Source of the DNA: Octopus sinensis
Lineage: Eukaryota
Assembly (NCBI RefSeq): GCF_006345805.1
Contig: NC_043003.1
Location: forward strand, 104,656,001 to 104,720,000
Direction: 5' to 3'
Length of the DNA: 64,000 nt
The notes under the pieces were generated by a model. It worked only from the letters and a program-made list of their open reading frames with translations, ran no database searches and was not told where the DNA came from. Both the position numbers and the translations under genes were made by a program. Positions within the stretch are counted from its first letter, which is position 1. Each line of letters begins with the position of its first letter. Shown piece by piece: positions 24,911 through 37,730 of this stretch.

Positions 24911-25139
24911 AGAGATAGGATTGTGAGAAAGATAACTCCTTGCTCAGAAAAGATGATGAAATATGGAGTTCTGCCCTCATTTAATTACAACAGCACAATA
25001 TTGCACTTATGTAAGTAACAGAGAGAGATCAGTAATTGAGATTGAAGGGTTAAATGGTCGTAAGGGAATATTTGAAGAAGTTAGGCAAGGTGCCCAATTG
25101 TCTATATAAATATTTTGCTTCCAGAACTTCATTTGACTG

Positions 25140-26330
25140 AAATGGGTAGGTCTTCTTGAGCACCACACTTTTGCCAGTCATCCTGGCCCTTTATACTCTT
25201 CCCCTTATCTTCACATGTCTTCTGCATTCAGGGTCAAAATCTCACTATCATGTAGCATTACAGTTCATACACAAGTATCATACCATATGCCTTTCATTTT
25301 GAGAGAGAAGCCTTTTGTTACCAACAGAGATAATATCTCTCTGAACTTACTCCAGCCAGTTCATATTCTTGCAACTTAATTTTCCTATCAACCATTTCCA
25401 GTACAAAGATCACCTAGGTAATAGAAGCTATCAACTACCTCAAGCAAACCTCCCGGACATTTGAGCAAATCTATTTCCTCTGCTTCTTTTGTGCTTATTG
25501 ATCCTATGTATCAGCCACACACAAAATCTACTTTCTCTGTTAACCTGCATGTGATATCATTGCACCAATAATGTGTCCATAGTTTGCACTGGGAAACACT
25601 ATAGAATTTCTACCTATTCTTTTTTTCTTCTTTTTTTGTCATTTCCCTGATGGATGCAAAGACATGTATATTTTCCTATTTATTAAAGCTTTTTAATTTG
25701 ACCTCAGTGCCTTTTGATTCCAGGTTTTGCACCTGGAATTTCTTTTCTAATTCTGCTATTGATTCAGCTGTAACAATGAGGCCATCAGCATAGGGGAGTT
25801 CCCACAGGTAACTAATCTTAAACTACTGTTATGGCCTGAAAGACAATGATGAATAGGAGGGAGCTGATGACTAAGTTCTGGTAAACTCCTACCTGCACAT
25901 TAAATTTATTATTATACTCATTGTTACTGACAGCACCTCTTGTATGACGCCCACAGAACATTCAACCTCCCACTAGCTTCTTCAGTGACCACTAGATCAT
26001 AAAGCAAGGGACATTGTCAAAGGCTTTCTTCAGATCACCGAATGCTAAATACAGCAGCTTGCTTTTAGCCAAGTACTTCTCTTGCAGTAGCCTCACCAGA
26101 AAAAACAAAGCATCAGTAGTACTTTTCACTGCACACAACCAAACAGCATCTCATCTAATCTAACGCTTTCTCTAATTAATCAAGTTACACATGTTTCTGT
26201 AACCTTGGATACTTTCATAATTTCTTCACTCTAATGTATTCCCTTTACCCTTGTCACAGTTGACTATGAGGCTGTTACACCAGATTAGTTACCAGTGGTT
26301 CTCATCAACGCTAAATCATAGCAACACAAA
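25140..26330 (-). mobile_element. Old degraded RTE LINE fragment
   Basis: Recognisable remnants of caaaggctttc (KAFD), catcagcatag (YADD) and gatagcttctattacctagg segments shared with 1-2940. Confidence 0.7.
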
Positions 26331-26787
26331 ATCACTTAAGTCTATAATCATACATTTTTTAAAAGCATATTTATCCCGAAGTAGCTAACACGCACATACA
26401 CAGACACACAGGCACATGCAAACACACATGCCTGTAAGCACACATCCATGCACATGTGCACACACATACACACACACACACATCCATGTGGAGAAGTGAA
26501 CTAATGTCATTTAAACAAGCAGAAAGGACATTATTTGTCCACATACAGTAAAAATACAAATTCTAAGTCAGTTTGGAACAGAAAAGGTTTTGAAAGTATA
26601 TGCTTGAGCAGAATGTGTGTTTGTGTGTTTGTGTGTGTGTGTTAAACAAATCAAAGTGTTTTAAATAATAATGATGATGATGATATGCATTTACACTGCA
26701 CTGGCACGGGTGCATTAATGCAGCACTGGCATTGGTGCATTTTAAGCACCTGGAAGGGCAAGCCTATATGTGTGGAAGACTGATTTT

Positions 26788-26860
<73 letters not shown>

Positions 26861-27212
26861 GAGAGAAGGAGAGTGAGAGAGAGAGTAAAATAAGGATTCA
26901 GATAGAATCAGGGATTTGAAAAGATGTGCACCAGGTAGGGTTAGATAAACCTGTGCTTCTAGTCCATGGCTGGTAAGTATTAAATAGGATATTCCGGTTG
27001 TGTACACAGAGAAAACCAACCCTATGAGTGTTTAGCACGTAGAGGGTGGTCCAAAGCACACATCACATTGAATTGTACATTGTTGGTATACTCTAGGGTG
27101 TCTGACAAGTCGTAAATCACCTTAGTGCATTATAATCAAATGAATAATTACAAACGATAGATAATTGTCCATCGTCTGTTATTATTCATATGTGTGTATA
27201 TATATATATATT

Positions 27213-27540
27213 TTTTAAAATAGAAAATTACCATTTAACAGGTAATTTTTACATGCTAGAAATAGCAGCCAACACGGCTAAAACCACAAATTAATTGCAA
27301 CTTTCAAAGTTATTTAAATAACAAGGTAAAAGTTTTTATTTTTCATTTACTTCGAAAGTTGCTATTAATTTGTGGTTTTGGCTGTGTTGGCTGCTATTTC
27401 TAGCATGTAAAAATTACCTGTTAAATGGTAATTTTTTATTTTAAAATATGAATATGCTGTCTATTGACTATTTATACATGCTAGGCCACTGGGGGTGATA
27501 TTTATAACGAATATTCGCCACCCTATAGATGTTTCTTATA
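27213..27540. repeat. Fold-back element: ~98-bp arms (27213-27310 / 27349-27446, ~4 mismatches) plus unique tail, between (TA)n tracts
   Basis: aaaattaccatttaacaggtaatttttacatgctagaaatagcagccaacac and its reverse complement. Confidence 0.85.
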
Positions 27541-28559
27541 TATATATATACCGGAGTAAACACATAAATGTGAAACAAGGTGGAAAAAAGAGTACTCAAA
27601 TACCAGTGGTAGAGTAATATGCTTTATTTAAAGCAGCAGAAAAATTCAACTAAACCTGTTACTCTGAGTTTCGCATTTATATACACACACACACATATAT
27701 GTATATGTATATATGAAAGTCTCTCTTTTAGTCCATGAAAAACAGTTCTGCAATTTCTTGCTGATCAAATGTATGTGCTGTACATGAGCTCACTCTCTGC
27801 CATCAAATTGGTGTTGCCAGAACAGTTTCATAACGTACCACAAGTCAGGTGTTGAAGTGATCAGAGAACAAGGTGAGATAAAGTGTTTTGCACAAGGAAC
27901 ACACACCGCCCTGTCCAGAGATTGAAAACACAATCTCACAATCCTGAGTGTAACACCATAACCACTAGGAAATGTGCCCTCTCTCTGTCTGTCTGTCTCT
28001 CTGTCTGTCTGTGTGTCTCTCTCTCTTTCTGTCTGTCTGTCTTTATCTCTCTCTCTCTCACACACACACACATAAGCTGTGTAGCCCATTGCTACCAGGC
28101 AATTTTTACAATAGAATGTCTTTATTTCAATTTTTTCATTCATTCAATGTCACATCATGTCTTCTCCAGTAAATAGGCCCCTTGATCAGAATTCTCCAGT
28201 AGATAGGCCCCTTGATCACAATGGATTTACACATTATTTGGGGCAATTTATAATGTCTTGATAAACAATGTTCTTTGTTTTTCCATTCGGTGCATAGATG
28301 TAAAGATTTTTCTTACTTCCTACTCTTGAACAGCCAACATAAAGCTGATCGTGGGTGAAGCAGAGCTTTTCAAGATGTAAAGTAACAACTAAAAATGTTT
28401 GCCCCTGTGATTTGTTGATGGTTATGGCAAAGCTAAGATTCACAGGAAATTGAAGTCATTAAAGTGAAATGGAACATCAGTGGACATAAGAGGAATTTTT
28501 TGTTGAACACATTCTCTCCCTTACCATATCCTGTTGAAATGATGACTTAAATCACGTGT

Positions 28560-29160
28560 GGATACATATTTTTCACAACCAATCGAGTTCCATTGCATAG
28601 CCTTGGTAAGTCCAAACTCCACAATAACATGATGGGTGGTCCTTCTTCAAGTACAGCAGTATAAAACTCGCTAGGTCGCTTATAGCGTGGAGCGTTGCCA
28701 CCAACTTCATCTTCTTCAACCAAGTGACTACATCTGTGTCACCGCAAAATGGTTTGATCATATCGTTCGAAATATGGACAACACTCATCGTTCAGTTTGT
28801 TTGTTTTTTCGTTATGGGCCAAAATAGCTTGTAGTGTAATGGAGGAAAAGGACAACAGAAAGAGAAGCAACGGGAGAAAGAAATACAAAAGGCCTTACCA
28901 AGGCGAAATCAGCGGTCACTCTGTCATGAATTCAACACATCTTGTCGCTCTGCCATCTGTGCTGGAACTGACCACACTTGCTTCCTGACCACACATGCCC
29001 CTTTCGCTCTTCTGCTGGCCCCTGCAAGCCTTACTTCCGTCCATCTCATCTGCAATCCCCTCCACCAACACCACATAGCTCATCACAGCCCATAACACCG
29101 TCAACACCACAAAAGTGAAGGACATATGGAGGCATTCCTGGTGGTTCTAAATAGTTGAGG
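28560..29160 (-). mobile_element. Probable Gypsy gag fragment nested in the Helitron
   Basis: DMIKPFCGDTDVVTWLKKMKLVATLHAISDLASFILLYL resembles the gag start of invertebrate Gypsy families as I recall them; CGQE knuckle-like remnant; interrupts helicase colinearity. Confidence 0.55.
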
Positions 29161-30914
29161 GACTCTGTCAAGGAATTGACTGCTTCTGACTATTCCACTG
29201 CAGTGTTGATACATCAATAGAGCTTTGAAACCTTTGGAATTCTTTTTAATAGAACTTGATTTATCAATTTCACCGTCACATTTTCCAATGCCAATATAGT
29301 CCTTTTACTGATCCAGTTGTGACTTGCAAACTGATACTTAATATTAGGGAACACTTTTTCTATGAGATCGAGTATGGATTCTACCATTGACTTTCAAGCC
29401 TATCGGACTTACATTAATAGCTCCTTTGCTACCCCCAGGAAGTCTTCCATCCCCAAGCCTTAACAGATCCTGGGTGTGCTGCTCTGTCTGTTTGTCACCA
29501 TCAAGATATATCCTCATGTTCATAGAGAGCTTCAAAACTTTGATTGAACTCCAATGTCAATTTTTCCAAACAGGCTCAGAATTTATCAATTCTGGTGCCT
29601 TTTAAAATGAATGGGAGAGTTTGTCAAAACATTTGAAAGGACTCTTGTGATTCCATCCATTAATAGGTTATTGCTTGTAACATTCTTCAATGTTCAGTCC
29701 AATGCTTCCAAGGTGTTTTCGTACACCATTGTACACTTGTCCCATACTATCAATTCACATCTGCAAAGAGTTTTCAGCTGTATTGGAATTCTTCGAAATG
29801 TTGCAAACTCCATGTTCATCTAACCCAAGCATAAATGTGGAATGAGCTGTTCATCCTCCAGATAACAGTGTGGTAGCTAAGGAGGAACTACCAATGCAAT
29901 ATTCCTCTGCTCTCTTTCTAGCTTTTGCTATTAACAGATGCATCGCAAATGTCTTCCCTGTACCTCCAGGGGTATCTAGAAAATAGACACCTCTTTTCTT
30001 ATTCATTACACGATTGGACACAGTTTCATATATAACTGTTCAGGTAACAGCTTTGGCTCATTTTCTTGAACACAACTTTTTAATGTTTGTATATCACAAG
30101 ATGTTTCTCTTCAAATTTCTTGTTGCCTTGAGGTAAAGCAGGAAGTCCAAAGGTCTTCAAATTTTGACCACCCATGATTTTGCTCTTTATTTCAATCAAT
30201 GCTTGCTGATATATTTCATCAGTGAATTAAATTTTTAGGCTAGGATTTGACATTAGTGCTTGATATTTTAAGTCTTTGGATAGTTAATCTTTGTATTTTC
30301 CTATAGACTGACTGGGCTGCTAACTTCACAAGTTTTGATGAGCAGAGTGAATAAAGCCCAGGACTTCAGGAAACACAGGCTTCCGACATAGTGTCATCCC
30401 ACTGAGAATCATCCTTCGATAGCACTCTTCTTAAGCAGGCCTCTCCATGCATTGAACAAATATGTCCATCAGCTGTTCTGAGGTCTTGAAAGGATGTTGG
30501 GCTTTGAACAGTGTGAAGCAAAATGTGCAAGTAGAAGCATTCATATTGGTTAGAGTGAACCCTATACATACAGCTCAGAGTGCTGTCTAACTTTATCTTA
30601 AGCCATCCTTCTACAGCCAGACTAAGCCTTCTTCAGGTCCATTTTTTCCTGTTTTGATGTATGGTAGGCTGGGACTTCATTGTAGAATAAAGTATGGCAA
30701 ATGGGCCTTGTTCATATAGAATGGAAAAAGCTATCAGAGTTGTTGGTTTTGGATCATTGACCATTTGTGCTGCCTTTTGAGGTTGAAAATAAACCCTTTG
30801 TTTATTTGCAACTAACAAGTTAGCATATGTACATACATATATATATATATACACAAACACATACATACATAGGTTAGTAGAGTTAGCGGTTGGAATAACC
30901 GTCTAAGGGATAAG

Positions 30915-31165
30915 AAGAAGATCCGTTTGCACCAACCGATCGTGGCCGCTGCCAGCCTCCCTTGGCACCTGTGCTGGTGGCACGTAAAAAGCACCCACTA
31001 CACTCACGGAGTGGTTGGCGTTAGGAAAGGCATCCAGCTGTAGAAACACTGCCAGATCAGACTGGAGCCTGGTGCAGCCTCCTGGCTTCCCAGACGCTGG
31101 TCAAACCGTCCAACCCATGCTAGCATGGAAAACGGACGCTAAACGATGATGATGATGATGATGAC
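30915..31165 (+). mobile_element. RTE LINE 3'-end fragment nested in the Helitron
   Basis: Ends ...ggacgctaaacgatgatgatgatgatgatga. Confidence 0.85.
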
Positions 31166-31788
31166 TACCAGCTTCTGAATCGAGAGAAATCTATCATGAA
31201 GGGAAAAGCCATAAATCCTCCAAAATGCTTCATTGGAGGATACGTATCTGCCCTGTTGGAAGTGGGAAACCTCATCATAGATTTTTACTTGAAGTGCAAA
31301 CATTACAGCATCCAATCCTTTGTTTATATACTTTCACTCATATTTGAATGATTTTAACTGAGCTGAAGAATTAAAAGTTTTCAAAAGTAGAGGGTTGTAA
31401 GGCATGACCCAACTATTAAAATTAAAGCTGTCTTTGCTACAAATACTCCATCATTAGGACTTCTTCATTTGTAATGAGGATGACCGTCTTCAGCTGTTTG
31501 GGTGTCTTTAGTCAATGGCTTAGCATACTTTTTGGGGCACTTTTTCATGTCTTCCTCCAGACATGTAGAATTCATGTTGAAGTCTGTAGTCTTGCAATTA
31601 GTATTGGCACAAAAAAAAAAAATCATTCAATACACAACTGTGAAATGGCTGGAATTTGAAAGGACAAACACTGGAGTATGACGCAATCTTCAGACACAGC
31701 AGATCTTCTCAAACCATCCAACCCATGCCAGCTTGAAACATGGATGTTAAATAATAATGAGGAATACATTCACTCAGACACACACACA

Positions 31789-31850
<62 letters not shown>

Positions 31851-32354
31851 CAGTGTTTAATTAACCTAACCATTTTCCTTTATGCTCTTGTTTAAATGTA
31901 ATACTTATTTTTTACAGCTTATCAATATGAGTCACCCTGTGTTAATATATTCCCGAAACCCATCATTTGATTGTAAATACATTGAGTATATAATGAGTTC
32001 TATTAGACAACTGAAGTTGTAAAAACTAGTTTTGATAGCAAGTAAGTTCTTGGCACTGATCCAAACATGCCTTAATGGAACATGTAGCAACCATAGCAAT
32101 TTAATTTTCAGACTGAGAGAGGAAAAACAATGATGGCAGGAAAATGCAGCGAGATCTTTGGCACACTGACAAAACCAAGATTGTTTGGATGTCGTAACTG
32201 TGCAGCAGTTGTTGTTGTTATGGCTGATGTTTTCATTGTCTTTGCTGTTGTTGCTGCAGTGGTTGTTATCATTATTATTGTTGCTGTTGCTATTGGTTAC
32301 AGTGATGTGTGTTATTGATGCTTGTTGTTGATATTGTTGTTGCTGTTGCTGTTG

Positions 32355-32716
32355 AACGAAGCGGTCTTCGTCCCAGTAGTGGGAGAAGTCTGAAACGTGG
32401 TCCTTTGCTATTCGTAAGACCCGCAGGTCAAGAGAAAGCAGGTCAACCCCCGACACCGAGAGCATCGATGGATGGACGAATGCGCATCCAGGCTCAGCGG
32501 TTGTGTAGGAAGTCGGGGACAAGAAACAGGAAGAAAGAGTGAGAGAAAGTTGGAGCGAAAGAGTACAACAGGGGTCGCTACCACCCCCTGCTGGAGACTC
32601 ATGGAGCTTTAGGTGTTTTCGCTCAATAAACACTCACAACGCCCGGTCTGGGAATCGAAACCGCGATCCTCCAACCGCGAGTCTGCTGCCGTAACCATTG
32701 GGCCATTGCGCCTCCA
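32355..32716 (-). mobile_element. tRNA-Arg-like SINE flanked by ~110-bp direct repeats
   Basis: Minus head GGAGGCGCAATGGCCCAATGGTTACGGCAGCAGACTCGCGGTT...GGTTTCGATTCC; flanks 32242-32354 and 32718-32824. Confidence 0.82.
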
Positions 32717-33354
32717 CTTGCTGTTGTTGCTGCTGTGGTTGTTATCATTATTATTGTTGCTGTTGTTATTGGTTACAGTGTTGGTGTTATTGACACTTGT
32801 TGCTGATATTGTTGTTGCTGTTGCATTGTTGTTGCTGCTGCTATTGTTATTGTTGTAGTTATTGTTGCAGTAGCTATTGTTGTTGTTCTATTGTTGTGAG
32901 CTTCAGATCAGCTCTCATCCAACACTGGTATGGCACACACACACACATATGCTAGCTGAATTCAATTCGTCTCCAGTCGAAAGACACCTGTTGTTATGTC
33001 CTGTTATTATTATTATTATTATTATTACTGTTTTTTGTATTTATATTTGTATTATTTTTTGTATTTTTTTGTATTATTTTTGTATTTATATTCATGTAAC
33101 ATTGTCCGTTTTTCCGTCCTTGTTTCGTATACATTCAATCCTTTTTCCAAGGAATCTAATGCTCTTAGATTAGTTTTTCCTTGGGGCTGGCCAGATTGGA
33201 GCAATCTCAAGATTAATCAGCTGAAATTGCAAGGATGATCCAGTTTTTGACTGAAGATTAAAGGCTTCGAATGACCCGTCCATGTTTTTTGTATCGTCTA
33301 TTTGGCTGTTTTGCATTCTTGTCCCATTTTGTATTTTTATATATATATATACTC

Positions 33355-33690
33355 ATTTACTTGTTTCAGTCATTTGACTGTGGCCATGCTGGAGCACCAC
33401 CTTTAGTTGAGCAAATTGACCCCAGGACTTATTGTTTGTAAGCCTAGTACTTATTCTATTGGTCTCTTTTGCCAAACTGCTAAGTTACGAGGACATAAAC
33501 ACACCAGCATCGATTGTCAAGTGAAGTTGAGGGGACAAACACAGACACACAAACATATACACACACATACATATATACATATATTCAACGGGCTTCTTTC
33601 AGTTTCCGTCTACCAAATCCACTCACAAGGCTTTGGTCGGCCTAAGGCTATAGTAGAAGACACTTGCTCAAGGTGCCATGTAGAGGGACT
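33355..33690 (-). mobile_element. tRNA-derived SINE family A (head truncated)
   Basis: tacttgtttcagtcatttgactgtggccatgctggagcacc... body shared with many copies. Confidence 0.85.
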
Positions 33691-34279
33691 ATATATATAT
33701 ATATATATATACATAAGCAACAAGGATATCCAGAGATAATGCAGTACGATTGTTTCATGCGACTCCATTTAATTAAAAAATGCAACCATTGCAATGGATA
33801 TCTTTGTTGTTTATTTTGATTTTAATCACTCTATTTTGAAACTGAATCTAGATTTTTTACTGAACTCATCTACTATATATATATATGCTAGCATAGAAAA
33901 ACAGATGTAAAATGAACAAAAAATATCCAAAAATCTTTATCTTTTGTTTATATATAGACCTTTTTTTTTAATTGATCAAAGCAGGCTTAAAAAGACTTTC
34001 TTGATGAGATCTGATAAGATCATTTGATTTTCCCTAAAGTGCATCTATGTAAAATTAATTCTTAATTTTTTGAAATTATCTCCCTTGAGAGCTATAGTTA
34101 CTACTAGGTGCTTTTCTTCCTCCTCCAACGAAGAGGAAAATTTCACAAGAATTTACTGCATATATTATTCAGTACACCATCCTTTATCTAAATTTGTTTT
34201 CTTTGGTTCACCTGAGTTAATTCCGTTTGCTCGTTTTTAAATCTCTGTATAAGTTTTATACAGTTTCCATCAGTTTTCT

Positions 34280-35300
34280 TAATAACTATCACACCAACGA
34301 GTGTGGTACACTGTCAAAGATCTTCTCCAAGTCTGTGAATGCCAGGCATAGTGGTTTATTTTTCGCCAAGAACTTTTATAGTAGTTACACAAGGAAAAGG
34401 ATTTGAGACAGCCCAATCCTTGCACAGATCCCACATCACAATTTAAACTAAATTTTCTTCCAAATTGATGGTGCTCTCATTCTTTATGTTACCTTCATAA
34501 CTTGGTCCATCAGTTTGATGATCTGTACTTACTTCTGTTTAGAGCTTTCTCTTTGCTCATATAGCAAAGTCAATGAGAACAACCTCTTCCTGTGCAATCT
34601 GATTAACCAAGCAAATAAAGCTTGCTAACCAACCACATGGTTCCGGGTTCAGTCCCACTGCGTGGCATCTTGGGCAAGTGTCTTCTGCTATAGCCCCGGG
34701 CCGACCAATGCCTTGTGAGTGGATTTGGTAGACGGAAACTGAAAGAAGTCTGTCGTATATATGTATATATATATATGCGTGTGTGTTTGTGTGTCTGTGT
34801 TTGTCCCCCTAGCATTGCTTGACAACTGATGCTGGTGTGTTTACGTCCCCGTCACTTAGCGGTTCGGCAAAAGAGACCGATAGAATAAGTACTGGGCTTA
34901 CAAAGAATAAGTTCCAGGGTCGATTTGCTCGACTAAAGGCGGTGCTCCAGCATGGCCGCAGTCAAATGACTGAAACAAGTAAAAGAGTAAAAAGAGTGTG
35001 TCTTTTACTTTGCCACACATTTCCAGCATCTCAGAGTCTATCTCTAATGGTCTGGTTGCTTTTTGCACCTTCACATATCTCAATGGCTATTTCAACTATA
35101 GAACGCTCAACTTCACTTGTTAGTTCCTTCCACCTCTTTCCCATGAATTCATCAACCTCTCATTGTAGCGTTTCCATGTGTCTTTCTGGCATCACTGAAG
35201 GTGACAACATCAATAATGTCCTGATTCCAACTGCACACTGCTTTGCAAGACAGAACACCTCAAATGCCAGCTCCTCATGTAACAGGACATTAACACAGAA
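34280..35300 (-). mobile_element. Degraded RTE LINE fragment interrupted by a family A SINE (34610-34992, +)
   Basis: KPLCLAFTDLEKIFDSVP and VQKATRPLEIDSEMLEM remnants on either side of the SINE. Confidence 0.7.
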
Positions 35301-36354
35301 CAATAAATGAATAAGAATGGGGTCAACTTTTCAGTTACCCTTCATGAGATATGTTTGAAGTGGTTTGGTTATTTTGTTCTGTTATGTGACATATTAAGCC
35401 ATTCTTATGGAAACACAGAATGTAATTGAAAAGGCCCTATTCTCAGTATTTGTGTCAGGTCTCCGCTTGGAGCAACTGGTAACATGTAACCCAGTACAAC
35501 CTGTTACATGGTCGGGTCGTTGGCGACTAAACTGGCAACCCCACCAAGATTTCTTGGTGAGGAGGGTGATTTGGACACCCAGCAGGACTAAAAACAAAAC
35601 CTGTCAAAGGGCAGAGGAACTCTCTCATGAGTCAATGGCCATCCAAAAACCTACATAAATCTGGAGTGGAGCCCCTAAGGCGGTTGGATTGCACCATGCG
35701 TGCCACCTTCCAGCAGCTCCTGCATCCTGGTCTACCCCCAGCTGTCTTGACTTTGTCTTGCCACTGGATCCGGCGCACCAGGACGAGAGAGTGAGGCTGA
35801 TCCTGCGCAAGTCACCCTCACTATAATCCAAGTCACGCGCACGTCATGACATCATGACACCAACATCACAAAGTTCTCAGCATCTTGTTACATACATTGG
35901 GTTTAGAGTGTGCTTAATATAAACTAAATAGTTAATGTATTATTTGTTTTATTGATTGGTTGATGGATAAGAAGTGTTGATGGTATTTCTTTCAAGTACC
36001 CTTTTAACGAAATACTAGAGTGAGGTGTTACCAAGTTAATTGCTTAGATTATAAAGACCCTTACTATTTTGATATATATATATATACTCACATATATAGT
36101 CAGCGTTAGGATGAACTACTTCATAGCCCGTTATGGTTTATTTTTAATGTTACTAATGTCTGTATTGTTATGAGGCATGTATGTTACTGTTTAGGGCAAA
36201 TATAAGTCTTACTAAGTAATATATACATTCTTCATTTATAGTATGTGTGTGTAATCCCCACACACACACCATTTTTTTTTTTCAGGGCTATTAGGCTATG
36301 GCTTGGCTGGAGCAAAAAGAACAATAAACAGAGACTGGACAAGAAGTTAAAGAT

Positions 36355-36735
36355 TGTACTCTTTTACTTGTTTCAGTCTTTGACTGCGGCCATGCTGGAG
36401 CACCGCCTTTAGTCGAGCAAATCGACCCCGGGACTTATTCTTTGTAAGCCCAGTACTTATTCTATCGGTCTCTTTTGCCGAACCGCTACGTTACGGGGAC
36501 GTAAGCACACCAGCATCGGTTGTCAAGCAATGCTAGGGGTACAAACACAGATACACAAACACACATATATACGACAGGCTTCTTTCAGTTTCCGTCTACC
36601 AAATCCACTCACATGGCATTGGTCGGCCCGGGGCTATAGCAGAAGACACTTGCCCAAGATGCCACGCGGTGGGACTGAACCCGGAACCATGTGGTTGGTT
36701 ATCAAGCTACTTACCACACAGCCACTCCTACGCCT
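36355..36735 (-). mobile_element. tRNA-derived SINE family A, full length
   Basis: Minus head AGGCGTAGGAGTGGCTGTGTGGTAAG (A box)...GGTTCAGTCC (B box), GGGCAAGTGTCTT core, AAAAG-type tail. Confidence 0.9.
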
Positions 36736-37689
36736 ACTGTTGAACATTAAATGATTTCGCAAACCCCACTTGAAACAGCAGCCAACTATCCCTCACATTA
36801 CACACTACCACCTCAAAAAAAGGAAGCATAATTTGCCTAGTAGAGCCTTAAACAGTTTAAAAAAGAAAGGATGCCCACAACGGGATCGTCCTTGATAATC
36901 AGATACAAAACTGACAACAAAATATTGAGTATTTTCACAAAAACAAGGGATGGTCAATAATGGAACGCCTTTGATCATAAGCACAAAACCGGATAAAAAG
37001 TATTGATTGCTAATAATTTGGGATGCTGAAACCAGCCTAGGATCAAATACAAAATTTGAAATGTGTGTGTATGTATTAGAATGTAAAACTGTGTGCGCGT
37101 AGGTGTATGTGTGTCTGTGTACACGTGTGATATTGTGCTTCTGTGTATACATATATGTATGTGACTGTGTGTGTACATGCATGTGGGACAGGGTGTGTGA
37201 GTGTACATGTATATGTGACTATGATTGCATCTGGTGAATGCATAAGTGAAACTATTATATTTATGATTGTAACGTGAATGTGGCCAAATATTTATATATA
37301 AATGTGTGTGTATGTATCCATATGTTTCAAAAACTATATGTGTTGGTACCTGTACATCTGTGCGTATGTGTGTGTGTGTGTGCCGCCGTGCCTCTCAATG
37401 TGTCCATGCTTGCGTCAGGCCGCCGACATGCAATTCATTACATGAGATCTGATTGGATAATTGTTTCTCAGTTGATATTCTTCACCAATCAAAATTGAAC
37501 AACGATTGTGTACGGTGGTGTGACTACACCGTCCTTTGTTATTTTCTTTTCTTCTCCTGTTCTTAGTCACCTCCCCATCCCTCTCTTCTTCACACTTATC
37601 CCCTCTTCCTTTTCCTCCCAACTACAATGAAGAAGTATGCATGTCAATGTGAAGGGTGCACTAACGCATACTCAGATACACTCATACAT

Positions 37690-37730
<41 letters not shown>

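Larger units (their letters stand above)
28073..31660 (-). mobile_element. Decayed autonomous Helitron (Rep + PIF1-like helicase) with nested insertions
   Basis: CPKKYAKPLTKDTQTAEDGHP; GRYVSSNEAFWRI; QRVYF...TTLIAF; CFYLHILLHTVQSPTSFQDLRT; Walker A DTPGGTGKTF; FAITINKSQGQT...LYVGCSRV; degraded 3' hairpin/CTAG near 28073-28100. Confidence 0.9.

Noticed and set aside
33245-33280. CTGAAGA...GAAT...GTC hammerhead-like string
   Set aside because: GAAA core is broken and there is no convincing stem I or II.
35880-36260. Possible solo LTR starting TGTTAC
   Set aside because: No matching CA end, TSD, PBS/PPT or second copy in the window.
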